From Chrysomallon squamiferum (Eukaryota > Animalia > Mollusca), in contig CM022672.1 in assembly GCA_012295275.1 (NCBI GenBank), positions 16,926,001 through 16,990,000 on the forward strand: a stretch of 64,000 nucleotides of DNA, in the 5' to 3' direction. The translations under genes and the position numbers were made by a program. The stretch's first letter is position 1; each line of letters opens with the position of its first letter. This document shows, piece by piece, positions 41,944 through 61,796 of the stretch. Below the pieces are notes generated by a model. It was not told the DNA's origin. It was given only the letters and a program-made list of their open reading frames with translations, and ran no database searches.

Positions 41944-44120
41944 GTAGTTGTGCATGTTTTTGTTTCACTGTAAATACTTAAACATTTCCATAGTGTATAT
42001 GTGTGTGCATGTGTCTGTGTGAGTGTGTTTTTATTAATGTTTTAATGTGTTGTGTTAAGTTTATTTATTTATTTATTTTATTAACTTCTTTTCTTTTACA
42101 GCCTGAACGAATTGATCCACCTAATCCAATGTGTCCAGACTATGACATTAGAGCTGATGTCTGGAGTTTAGGAATCTCATTAGTACGTAGCTTTTACTTC
42201 CTTGCTGAATACACTGTAGGTAGATCTGTTTTGTAGCAGTAGCTGCAGCAACAGTGCAAAGAAATCACTCTGATTAGATAAAGGATTGCTATGGTTAGCT
42301 ATATCACTGTACTAATTTATTAATTATTTTGTTACATTTTATCAAGTTATATCAAGATTTAGCCTGTGGTATCAATAAACAAAAACCTGATGATTAGTGA
42401 ATTTAAATTAAAAACTGAATAATGACAAGACTGTAAAGACAGATAAAAACTGCTATATTTCAGTTATACTTTTACCACTGATTATGATTTGAAATATGAA
42501 TAAATGTGACAGATATATAAATGTGGCTTTCTCACTGTTGACAGAAAAACAAAAAATCTAAAAAGTAAATAGTTCAGACTGTTCATCGGAGGGGGAAAAA
42601 CAGTTGTCTGAAATAATTGACTCTAGAAAAAAAAATAACCATAAATAAATAATAAAATAAATATTATCTTATAAATATTTTATGTTTAACCTAATGAATG
42701 TTTAGTGATAAGAATCCATTTTGACCAGGAAATAAAATGTATATATATATTTTTAATTTCTCTCACTAGGTTGAGCTGGCCTCAGGTGAGTTTCCGTACA
42801 AAGACTGCAAGACAGACTTTGAGGTGCTGACCAAAGTGTTACAAGAAGACCCACCTCTCTTACCCCAGGCGAAGAGTTTTCACATGACTTCTGTTCTTTT
42901 GTTAGAGACTGGTGAGTAGTTGTACAGTCTTTTATTCTTATGTCAGAGATTGATAAGTGTTTAGTTTCTGTTCATTTGTTAGAGGCTGGACAGTATTTAG
43001 TTTCTGTCATCTGTTCTTTTGTTAGAGATTGGTGAATATTCAGTTTCTCACCCATATTCATTTATTAGAGCTGGAGAAAATTTAGCTAACTTCTGTTCGT
43101 TTATTAGGAGAAGCGTATTTAGTACTAACTTGTTTTCTTACATTAGAGATCAGTGAGTATTTAGTTATTGAATTCTGTTCTTTTATTAGATATAGGTGAG
43201 CTATATGAGTTGCTAACCTCTATTTTTTCATTAGAGATTTATTCATGAGTAATTAAATACTAACTTTTGATCATTACAGAATCTTTGGTACAGCTTTAGG
43301 GCTGTCATCAGTGTATTCAAACTGTTTTCAGAACTAACAGTATTTTCCTCTGTAAGAAATGAAAAAAAAAAAAAATTTGTTGTCACACCATTTCTTTTAT
43401 ATACTATATATATTAATCACAGATTCAGAATATTTTGAAAATAAAATATTTCATACTTTCTTGTATTCTGTTGTTACAGACTGCAGTGATCACTAGTTTT
43501 GTTGAGGCAGATTTTTTATCTTTTAATCCATCCATCCATCCATCATCCTTCCTTCCTTCCTTCCTTCCTTAAGATTTATTGCCTTCCTCCTTATAATATA
43601 CAGCTACGATTATTAGAAATAATGTACATTTGAAACAAATTTTAGTAAATTAAAACATTTTTTAATACTTTTTCAGTTTAACAAAAGATTACAAGAAACG
43701 ACCAAAGTATAAAAAGTTACTTGTAAGTATTCAGTTACTTGATGAATCAATTAAAGTTTTTCATCTTTTTGAAAGATTATCCCAAGATTTAATCTTTTAA
43801 GATACCACAATTAAAATTAACTTAATCTTATGGTATCATTAAATAAATTGTGTATATTTTATTTTTCTGCCTAAATCTAGATTACTCTTGTAACAAGATA
43901 ATTTCTAAGATGTAGAAAGAAAATAATGCTTCACTAACTACAATAATTAACACATGTTTAGTAACTTAGCGTATTTTGTGTCTACCTTTTCTGCAAAAGA
44001 AAAAAAATAATTAAATATTTTCAGGAGCACTCTTTTATCAAACGGTATGAAAGAGAAAATGTTGATGTTGGTATGTGGTACACGGCCATTTCCAGAACAA
44101 TTGAGACCAAAGCATCTTGA
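34615..44120 (+). CDS. MAP2K7: Dual-specificity MAP kinase kinase 7 (MKK7/hemipterous), 13 coding exons, about 453 aa once a 1-nt frameshift in exon 11 is corrected
   Basis: Exons 34615-34747, 36064-36171 (least certain), 36965-37076, 38274-38394, 39010-39123, 39722-39841, 40484-40591, 41010-41061, 41680-41807, 42102-42182, 42770-42911, 43677-43722, 44025-44120. Motifs: KLNELERKLTQEN, EIDQKYEEIMKQSG, LGHGTCGQV, AVK|QMRRSGNQEENKRIIMDLDVVLKSHDCPYIVQC, HRDIKPSN, DFGISGRLVDSKAKTR, PERIDPP..PDYDIRADVWSLG, CKTDFEVLTKVLQE, LTKDYKKRPKY. These closely match vertebrate MKK7. Confidence 0.95.
37282..38164. mobile_element. Non-autonomous DNA transposon with TTAA TSD and GG...CC termini (Kolobok-type) in MKK7 intron 3
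   Basis: Left end TTAA|GGGGACATGCTGGTCGAAAAA (TTAA at 37278-37281). Right end TTTTTTTGCCTAGCTTGTCCCCC|TTAA (TTAA at 38165-38168). Imperfect TIR of about 20 bp. RR..YY termini with TTAA fit Kolobok rather than piggyBac (CC..GG). No transposase ORF. Confidence 0.75.
38373..38590 (+). repeat. Degenerate copies of the MKK7 exon 4 end and donor
   Basis: TCTGACAATAAACAAACAGGTAATT (38376), TCTGATAACAAACACACAGGAATT (38481), TCTGATGATAAGCAAACAGGTAACT (38555), plus CAGGTAATT at 38520. Confidence 0.6.
42889..43240 (+). repeat. Degenerate array of about 9 copies of a ~40-bp unit derived from the MKK7 exon 11 end and donor site
   Basis: Unit consensus TTCTGTTCTTTTGTTAGAGAYTGGTGAGTATTTAGT. The first copy is the coding end of exon 11 plus its GTGAGT donor. 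Confidence 0.8.
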
Positions 44121-46660
44121 CAGCTGGTATGTTGACATATGTTGTATCTTTTCTTTTAAAACATTATTATGGTTATTGTTTCTTTTTGTATATATATATA
44201 TATATAAAAAATATATAAATGTAAAAATAAATAAAAAACACAAAAACAAAAAAATACAGAAGAAAAGAAAAGTTTTGAAATAATTGCTTTTGATAGCTTA
44301 TAAAATGTTTTTGTTTTCTCTTTGTTCTTTACAGAGACAGCTGGACAGTGATATTTCAGTAACAGAGTTGAAACGTTGGGGAAATAAGGGAAGTAACTCA
44401 CTTTGACTTACCAGCTGAACACAGTTATCTGTACATCAGTCTTGAAAATTGACAGCAAACCAGAACACAGCAGTCTGGAATTTTGTCATCTGCTTTTCAT
44501 CATGTCTCTCCTGCCCACAACAAAAAGTAAAATTCAAAACACAGCCATCTTTAAGACAACAGACAGTACTTTCTTGCTGTATTTTTCGAATTTGTCTTCT
44601 AGAAGCTGGTATTTCGTAATCAATTTTCATTGTTTGTTTTAGCCATTGCTGGAATCCTGCCATATTCTTACTTTTAGTCATCCTGGCAAACATTCCCAGC
44701 ATTCTCCCTTGTTACCTGTTAGATCTGTTATCACACGTGTACAGATGCAGATCTTGATTTTAGGGTGTGGAGGTTTTAACCAGTGTGTTATTCCAGTGCC
44801 ATGGCAAGAAATTGATCTCTTGCATTTTCGAGTCCCCAGATGTAGAAGAGATACCAGTTGAGATTGCCCATGTCTATCCATAATCCAGTGTCTAATCAAG
44901 TTGTTTGCAAAGATGCTGATTGTGTTACTATTTCTGATTATTTTTATTTTATATTAGAATTTCGTTCAATGAAATAGTTCACAATGTGCATCTTCTTAAA
45001 TGAGCAAATATCTAAAAAAAAAAAAATAATAACATAAAAAAAATCCGAATATATGTATATGTATATATATATTCTGAATTTATTTCGTGAGTTTGCTCAC
45101 AGAAGTATTAGAGTCCACCTAAATAGTTGTTGAAATTATGTTTACTAAATATGCCAGTTAAACATTCTTGTTTCTAGTGCACTGATCATATGTTTGTGTG
45201 TATATTTGTATGAATGTTTGTGTGGATAAAGAAGTTAGATATTCTGTGAATCATGAAATGAGCAAATGTTTTCTCCATACATCCATTTTTTAAAACTTGA
45301 TTACATTTTTCTTTAAAATCATGGTATTTTCAAGGCTACAATATTGCTTGATTTGTTACGATTATATCTGAGAGATGAATATGTTGCCAGTGAGATGAAT
45401 GTTTACTCATGATGAAGTTTGCTAGATGGATCTGGTATCCATGACAATTAGATCTGTGACATGAAAGTTTTAACACAAATATGATCAGGTAAAAAACAGA
45501 AAAAAATTTAAAAAAGGAAAAAAGAAAGAGTATCTGTGTAACAGGCAAAGAATTTCATGTCAGATTTGAAATTTTCTACATGTGTTTAATATTAGTGTTT
45601 ATGTCATCATTTTAGTGTCTGATGTGTGAAGAGAGATTGCATAAATTATGAAGCTTTATTCCTTAATAGTGAAAATGGAGTATTTTCTTGCTTGGCTGAG
45701 TTGGCCATAGCTATGTATATTCTTTGTTTTATCAAGTCTGAGAGCTAGTTATTGAAATGTTGTCTACTAATATCATTGCTTCTCTGCACATGCACTAATT
45801 GTCTTTTAATAACGTTTCTAAATTTAAATCAAGTTACATTAGTAATAGATAAAACACAAAACTGATAAACATTTGTATTTCGGAGTTAAAAGTGTGTTCT
45901 TTTTTCCTCATATTTTGTCCAGATTTCCTCGTGTATTTTTCATTTTTAGTTACCCTTCTTTTCTGCCAAGTCAAGAATGAATTCAATTTATAAAATTTCA
46001 TATATCTATATATATATAGCTACACATGTGTATGAAACAGTAGACTGATATTTCACATGGTTATTTTGCTATCTGATAAACATTTCAAATGAAATGTAAA
46101 GAAAAAAATAATGTAGAGGACTGGATATATATTTTGTGAAACATTGTTTTAGAACTGAAAACTGAATAATCAAAACATAAAACATTGTGATTACTGTCTT
46201 GATAAAGTTGAGTTGGTATGGTAGGGACAGAAACGGGTGTATGGTGTGGCTGAATAACTGAAGTGGACAAGAATGAAACAAACAAAAATTAGAAACTTTA
46301 AAAAAAAAAAAAAAAATTTAAATGTTGCTTTCAGTATTGAGTTCGTGTGCATTTAAAAACAAACAAAAACATTTTTAATTTTATTTTTAGGATTCTCATT
46401 TATTACATTATAAGGCATTCTGAGGAAAAATTATCAAATGAACTCTAAGTGATTACAAAAATTAATTATTAATAATACTGCAGTGCAGTGCACTTGGTAT
46501 TATTTTTTTACATACCAAAAAAACATTTTAAAAGCTTAAGACATTTTCTTAAAGACGATTTTATATGAATTTTTGAGAAACATTTTGCTCGCTCTTTTTT
46601 TATTTTTATTTTTATTTTTTTTTATTATTATTATTGTTGTTACTACTACTACTACTATTA

Positions 46661-46713
<53 letters not shown>

Positions 46714-46944
46714 GTGTACAAGGTTTATTAGTGATTGATACTAATGGAGTGCTCATGCTTGTCAGTAAAATGATACTTCAAGTATTGCAGTTTGTTGTAT
46801 TTTTTTTTTATTCAAAGCAAAAAACTATTTTAAATTTATGAACACCTGGGCTGTAAGATTAAGTTGTTAACAATTCGCTTGCAGAATATCCCCATTAACA
46901 CTGCAGCATGTTATAAATAAATATTACTGGTGTTTCTTTTAAAG

Positions 46945-47200
46945 CTGTGGTTCCCAAAACGTTTTAGCGGCGATCCTAATTTCAATCTTGTCCTTGGCTG
47001 GAAATCCTGAATGTGTATATATAATGTCTTAAATAACAGACGTATTGATATATTATATTTATTTATAATATTACATGCTTTTATTGAATTAATTTACTAA
47101 CTAAAACACAATGAATTTCATTACATTTTTCATTAGATAAAATTAGGTTTTTTTGCGATTTTGCCGAGACATCCCGCGACCATGGGTTTGGGAACCACAG
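46945..47200. mobile_element. hAT (Charlie-like) MITE between the MKK7 and BarH 3' ends
   Basis: Perfect 14-bp TIR CTGTGGTTCCCAAA (46945-46958) / TTTGGGAACCACAG (47187-47200). Degenerate 8-bp flanks TTTTAAAG / TATTGAAA (5/8 match). Confidence 0.75.
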
Positions 47201-47808
47201 TATTGAAATGTTCCTTTCATGGTATGACAAAAGTTTTTGCGCTATTTTAATTGTAACTTGGAGTCAATATTTTCTACTAATAAAAATTGATAACAAATCA
47301 GTACTACCGTTAAAAATATTCGAAGGACGCCGATTTACGTGGCTGAAGTTATAATGTTGAATTTCTGAAACTTTCAAGCGAACCGCTGTGACGTTAAAAA
47401 TGGACAAAACATAAAAAATCAAAAGCTTTCAAAAGATTTCCACGTACACTGATGAACAACGACGACAACAACAACAAAAAAAAATAATAAAAAAATAAAT
47501 AAAAATAAAAAAGGGTTTTCTTTCTTTTTTTTTATTTAATTGTGAATGATCTTATTCTGTCAGTAGACGTATTTTACTTTTCTATTATAAGATTCACTTA
47601 AAATATGCACAAATGAGATCACTGCGAGTTCAGCAAATAGTTTTGAACAAACATCTGCTAATTTGATAAATAATTTGACCTTCAACAAATATTTTTTGAT
47701 TAAACTTTCTTGTTTTTGTCATTGCCCCTCGTTTATAAAGTGATTAAAGTGTATATGAACTTGTCGAAGCTCTTAAACACACATCAAGTTAAATAATGCA
47801 GTCAAAAG

Positions 47809-47872
<64 letters not shown>

Positions 47873-48679
47873 GTGACTTGCAAAGATGAAATACATGTTT
47901 AATCTTAATAAGTACATAAAAAATATCTACCTCAAAACTGAACTGATCGTTAAAAATCGTTTGCTACAGGTTTTAAAATAATCCAGAATGAGACACCAAA
48001 TGTAAATCGATTTATTTAAGTCGTTCCAGAAAAGGATACGAAAAAAAAAAAAAAAGTTGATTAAATAAATAACGTACACAACTTGACTGATACGTAAAAA
48101 TGATGACTGATACAACAACAGAGATAAATTAAGAATACTGATTTGAGTCGTAATGACTACAAAATTAAATGAAGGTTACATACATTCAAAATTCATTTAA
48201 TGTACATGTTCCAAGCTTTAACTAAAATATTAATCTGTTTCAAAATATCAAGTGTTATTTTATTTCTTCTGTCTCTATTTCTTTTTATTCACCATTTGTT
48301 GTTTAGATTTGTAACATTAAATCCTATTTTAACGTTAATTCCAGCTTCTTATCTGGTCTGTCACTGATAGAAAATATCGGAAAACATGTGACGTTCAAAT
48401 ATACAGAATCTTCGTAGAAAATCGGCATTCGTGAATCACTGGTCGTGAACAGCGAAACAAAAAATGTAATAAATAGACTGACATGTTGTAATGGAGATCC
48501 CCGCCTTTGTCTCATGATGCAACGCCATGTTTTTATTATTATTATCATTATTATTTTTGTTTTCTCTGACATTTCTATAAATTTATTTTATAAGTACACA
48601 CATGTGTGTACGTATCTGCGTCCGCGAAAGCACGTTCCTTTTTCTCTAGACCGTCCATTCTGGTAAACATTTTGTGACG

Positions 48680-55836
<7,157 letters not shown>

Positions 55837-57599
55837 CTTGTTAAAAAAATAAAGGAAAGAAAAAAACAACAAAATAACAACAAAACAACAACAATCAAAC
55901 AAATAAGTATAAACGTCTGCGAATCTCTATTAGGCTAAGCCTCTTAAAAAATTTATCATATCGTAATGGTATATTCCAGTTAACAGTTTAGTATTCAAAA
56001 TAAGAATTTACACAAATCCTTCAGACACTTTACCAACTATCCAGTGAACTGATAGAACCGTTCTGTGCTGAATATAGATAAAGAATGGTCTGATATTATT
56101 TTAGGACAGCATAAATAACAGAACGCTGTTTTAGCAGCAAATGAATTTATCTCAACAGCCACTTGTCCGTCAAGGCAACAAACTATGAAAAGGATGGTCA
56201 GTTTAATGGAATTTAAATTACAAATGAATAGCTATGCCAGGGAGAAAGCGCCAACCTTCCAAATGAGGCCACAATGGAAGAGGTGTTGCTTAGCTGACTA
56301 CACCTCTTGGGCGTCACTCATTCGTAGGCTCTGCGGTCAATAGGTCCCAGGATCAATGGATTTCTGGCCGATTAAAGTAGCTTCCCTTCAGGACTGGAGT
56401 ACAAGAAACGTCAAAACGTGTTAGCTGTGCTCTGTGACGTTGCAGGGGCTTGTTCATACAGAGGATCACTTTTTCTATAGATCGCAGAGAAAAGTTGGTA
56501 AAGAAAGGCCACCCTAGGGCGGAGCAGACGTCACCTCGACAACGTGAAGTCATTGTCGTCTGCTCCTGTCAGTCATCTTCGATAGAGAGAGATCAACGGC
56601 AGACGAGAAGTGTCAAGGGTTGTAATAGAAACCCTACTGGACCAAGTTCATTTCTTGTCGGGAAGGAATAATTGTCAATCATTTGATGATAGAGTTAATA
56701 ATCGTTATTGAAATTTATCCTATTAAACAGGATCTGAAAATTAAGGAAATTGCCTTTTGACGGTTTTCAGTCAAAGTAATACGCGAAATTAACAGCCTTT
56801 TTAGTGCAATATTGTCGAATGATTGGAACCTCACGGAGGCGTGATCAAATGTTCAACAGCCTGTAATAAAAAGGAACTTAGGAAATGATTAAAATGTTCG
56901 ACTGATATTTTCTGTAGGCGATTTCTATTTTAATAATTGTACGAAAGAAAAGCTTTTGATGCAATTTAATAAATTTAAACTTTCATGTAATTTTAAAAAC
57001 AACGCATAAATCGATAATTATAAAAATACATTTTTTATTTTTTTAAATTATTTTTAATATGAAGAATTATTATTTAAATTCTTAGAAATATAGATGTGTT
57101 TATCTTAGACCATAATATCTACACTTATTTATTTTCCTCTATTTCAGTAGCAATTTATTTTAATTAAATTTAAAACAGTTTTGGAGATCCATATATTATT
57201 ACTTGCAAAGGACACTTTCATTTAATCTATTATATATTAATTTTATAGATATAATAAAGTGTTGAATTTTTGCTTCGTATCAGGATTTAAATATATTTAT
57301 TTATGTTAATAATTAGCATTTATTATATAATTCAACTTTGATAACAAAAAGTCAAGTAAAATAAAATTTGAATTAAACGTCAAAAAATAATAAAATAAGT
57401 ATAAAAAAAATAAAAAATTAAAATTAAAATAAATTAGAAATAGAAAAATAAAAAATAAAAATAAATAAAACAAAGATACTAATTTAAAAAAATAGAAAAG
57501 AAGAAATAAATGCAAAAATGATTTTTTTATTTATATGAAATCTCATGCACACACTTTCTTCGTATCTGTTTGTTTATCCATTTACAGGAATCATAGTGC

Positions 57600-57706
<107 letters not shown>

Positions 57707-60461
57707 AATTACAAATGCGAAAATTTGGCATATTTAAAACTTTAACATCTCTTTTCAACACCCATCAATAAATTTAATTTGATCCAGTCATCCATTGAAA
57801 TAAGAATAATGCAAAACAGAATTCAGCTTCTAAGTGAAACCGAAGCTTTCAACAAATTTAATGCACAAGAAGAAAAGATGTTTAATTATTAACTCGGTAT
57901 TCTTTTTTGCTTTTAAATGCACTTCATTTTCACTTTTGCATTGAGTTCAGCTCACATTTGGGAGATTAGTTTTCATCTGATTAACGTTACTTTAAACAGC
58001 TCTTATAAACAGATGGTAAGAGGCTGACATTAATTTACACATTTGCAAAGACCACTACAGACTGAACCGGATTAAAACCGATGGGACAGTTTCGAAAAAG
58101 TCGAGTTGAATTGTGACAGCATGTTCAGGTGACTCGAGTGCTCTGATCGCAAAGGTGGGATTTACAACTCGGCATGATGACTGCTTGAAATCATTTTGTA
58201 TTAATCAGTTTTAAGACTTTTTTCTTGATCGAAAACGAAGGTTGAATGCGCAGAACGAATATACTACAAAGTAGCACCGTTCGGTATTCTATACAAGTAA
58301 ATGTCTACAAAAAGTGATGATAATAATGGGAAATGGTTTCGTTTTCAATTTTGCAATGTATAATATTGATATTAAGCTGCAGGTTTACAGACCTTTATTT
58401 ATTTTTGACGCTTTTAAATTATCTTCCTCTCTAATGATAATAAAATTATTTCATTATTTAGTCTCAGATTTTATTGTTATAAGTTTACTTAATAACAATG
58501 CTTGTTATGTTACTTGTTTTAATGGATCAATCGGCTAAAACGTCGTGGATTCCAGGCATAGAAAGATAAATATTCTTAAAATATATGGCTAAATGTAATT
58601 ATTTATTATAAAAGCAATTTATAAATAAATAATCAAAAAATATCGCGGCCACTGTACCACTTTCCATAAATACCATTCCAGGTAGCGACAGTGGAAATTA
58701 TTAACGAACACATACTACTACTCTTCCTACGTTTGTTTGTTTAGACAGCTAAGTTCGTGTACAAGAAATATTTCTGTAAAATACACAGCTAACTGCGCTC
58801 ATGTAAAACAGTTACTTGGGCTGTCAACTGATGGTTTGTTCTGAGCAATATATATATATATAATTTTTTGATAATGTTAAATACATGTAAATACTTTTCA
58901 AATGAACATTCATTTGCTCGTTAAAATTAGCCTGGACTCTGGTTCTCTGGTAGAACTGCCGGCCTGATTAATGACTGTTCCCAGAATTAGTGCTCGTTTT
59001 AATCCTCTTTCCCAATCAAACGGTTGCTCTCCTGTCTGTGAAGAGGTATATATCATAAATAAATAACAATAAAATACTGCTGCTACTACTAATACTAATT
59101 AATGTTTGACATCGTATTAACGTAGATTAAAAGAGAAATATAACATTTATTCGATACCTCTAAACAGAAATATTTTTTTAATTTTTTTTTTTTTTTTTTT
59201 TATGGCGAAACAAATATACTCTATGAAATTCGATAAACGAATCTGATTGTCTATTTATTTATCTATCTGCGTATCCTATCAAAGCACACATACATACATG
59301 TATATAAGAAATTGTTTTGGATTATTTTATTTCTTCTCTCTGTTTTAGTTTTCATTAAATTAATCTGACGATTTATAATGGACTGATTTTGTTTGTGAAA
59401 CAAAATTAATTTTAATCGTCTTGATCTTCTCGGATCATCTCGCCGCTGGAGGTGGTATCTTGGTCCGAATCATTAACCTAACATAATTAAAAGTGAAGAT
59501 TTCACTATTACCACACCCGATACTGACATGAGTCCAACTGCAGTGTATGTACAGAGCCACCGGGCTTTGTAGTTTGACCATACGGCGCAATTTGTCACCC
59601 CGTGTTAGGGGAGGGAAGCAACCCAGGTCTTTGTGAAGGACAATGAAGACACGGCCGTCATTGACAGGAGAGAGTAATTGATAGAGTCAACCACAAGAGA
59701 AGAACTTGATGACTTTCACTACCTCGCACGCTAATCCTTTACTTTTTGATCCCCCACCTAATGAAATTAAAATCGTCTCTTCTCCTGTCAGAAATACCGT
59801 TTGTTTGCACGCTTTTAATAATATCGGCCAGGCCATTGTCGCTGTTTGGTCGGGCCATTGTTGCTCCTCGGTCGAAGCTTGTTGTCGTTATACGGTGGTC
59901 ACAAACTAGTTGGAGAAACTGCGACATTTTGCCAAAAAGTTATCAATAGGTTTTTGTGCGCTTATCGGCGATTTCTTGGCTGGTCGAATTGGATAAGTGG
60001 AGCGGGTAAGGGGTATTCATCTGCCACTAAAATGCACTCGAGAAGATTTGCATCGTGAACTGATTTCGCAAATCTCGGTAGTGGCATTTTAAACTGATCC
60101 AGTATTTAAAACATGACCAGATTTAAGCATGAGCAAGCAAATCCGGAGCCCCAGGGCCTTCGCTGTCGACATATTTTTTTGCCTTTTTAGACTACTCAGA
60201 ACGATAAGAGACGGGTGGATGCATTTTTTGTTTAACGCCACCTCTAGATACTTCACGGTGAACGGCTCGAAAGCTTCAACCTTATATTTGTCTTTTTGTA
60301 TGACAATGACGTGGAGAGGGTGAACATTATCCTTTCGTTTATCTACTCTATATTTAATTTATCTATTAGCATCCCTGATATGCACTTTCCATAGCTAGGA
60401 AAATGTATACCATGGCCTTTGATGACTAGTAGCGGGCCAGTGACTAAACACGGAGAATAAT

Positions 60462-60473
60462 TACTACTATTTT

Positions 60474-60526
<53 letters not shown>

Positions 60527-60896
60527 TTACTACTACTATTACTGCTGCTATTGCTACTATTGCTACTACTACTACTACAACTACTGCTACTACTATTATT
60601 ACTGCTACTATTACTACTACTACTACAACTACTTCTACTGTTACTGCTACTACACTACTTCTACTATTACTGCTACTACAACTACCACCTACTACAACTA
60701 CTTCTACTATTACTTCTACTACCACTACCACTACTACTACTATTACTATTGCTAAAATTATTATTATTATTATTGTTATTGTTGTTATTATTATTATTAT
60801 AACTGTTATTATTATTTGTAATAGCATTTTGATGTAGAATACTACTACTTCTATTACTGCTGCTAAAGCTATTTCTACCGTGATGTCATCATTATC

Positions 60897-60944
<48 letters not shown>

Positions 60945-60945
60945 G
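60462..60945. repeat. Compound (TAC)n/(TAT)n trinucleotide low-complexity tract
   Basis: Long degenerate ACT/ATT runs. They explain the poly-V and poly-L ORFs in the track. Confidence 0.9.
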
Positions 60946-61761
60946 TCCATTGAGAACTTAGAGAATATTAATTTCCATTTTTTATGTACTTACAACATTA
61001 ACAACTAGATACAAATCTATAAACATCAAAATAAAATAGATAAATAATATAAAATAAATAAGTTCACTAATTTCAATTCGATACTTAGATTATTAATTTT
61101 GAAATGTATTCAGAGTTTTTTGTATATTCGACTGGATTAAACTCTTCCTTTCGTTTTTATTGGTGTTCGTTGTTGTAAAGGTAGTGCGTCGTAATAACAG
61201 TTATATGTGGTAGTATTAGTATTAGTGGTAGCAGATCAGTATAGACTAATATATATATATATTATAATTGTTTTACTTTTTCGTTTTGTTGACATTTTAA
61301 TAATCACTTTCAATATGTGGATGAAATTAGTAATAATAGCACAGTATAATATAATATATTCTTATTATTCAGGCTCTTAATTTCTCAATTTTTCAAGTAT
61401 CGTTTTTTGTTTATTTATTTATTTATTTTTATTTTTATTTGTTTTGTTGTGTGAATGTTAACTCTTTGAATGCAGAAAAATGGTCAGTACAGAATTATAT
61501 CATCTTATCTATCTTGTAATAAATATTTTGTAGATGAAGATTTTCTTATTTGATTATTTGAAGAGAATAATAATCGATTTCCTACTAATCTGGAACAGTT
61601 CTATATAGTGAAAGCTAACAAAATGTATATCAGCAAGACTACTGAACCACATTAATTGTTGTTTTAGCAGTTCGACCAGTTGGGAATACGACCAAATGAG
61701 ATTAAGCCACGGCAGCAGCAGTTGTAGTAGTAGAAGTAATACTAATAATAGAAGACGTAGT

Positions 61762-61796
<35 letters not shown>

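Noticed and set aside
42889-43240. Repeat-spacer-like array suggesting CRISPR
   Set aside because: Eukaryotic intron, degenerate contiguous units, no unique spacers and no cas genes. The array is derived from the exon end.
34615-44120. Calling MKK7 a pseudogene
   Set aside because: Only one lesion, in a homopolymer context. All catalytic motifs and splice sites are intact.
60444-60950. 168-aa hydrophobic poly-Val/Ile ORF, and the many poly-ER, SL, HT, Y and L ORFs elsewhere
   Set aside because: Translations of di- and trinucleotide microsatellites.
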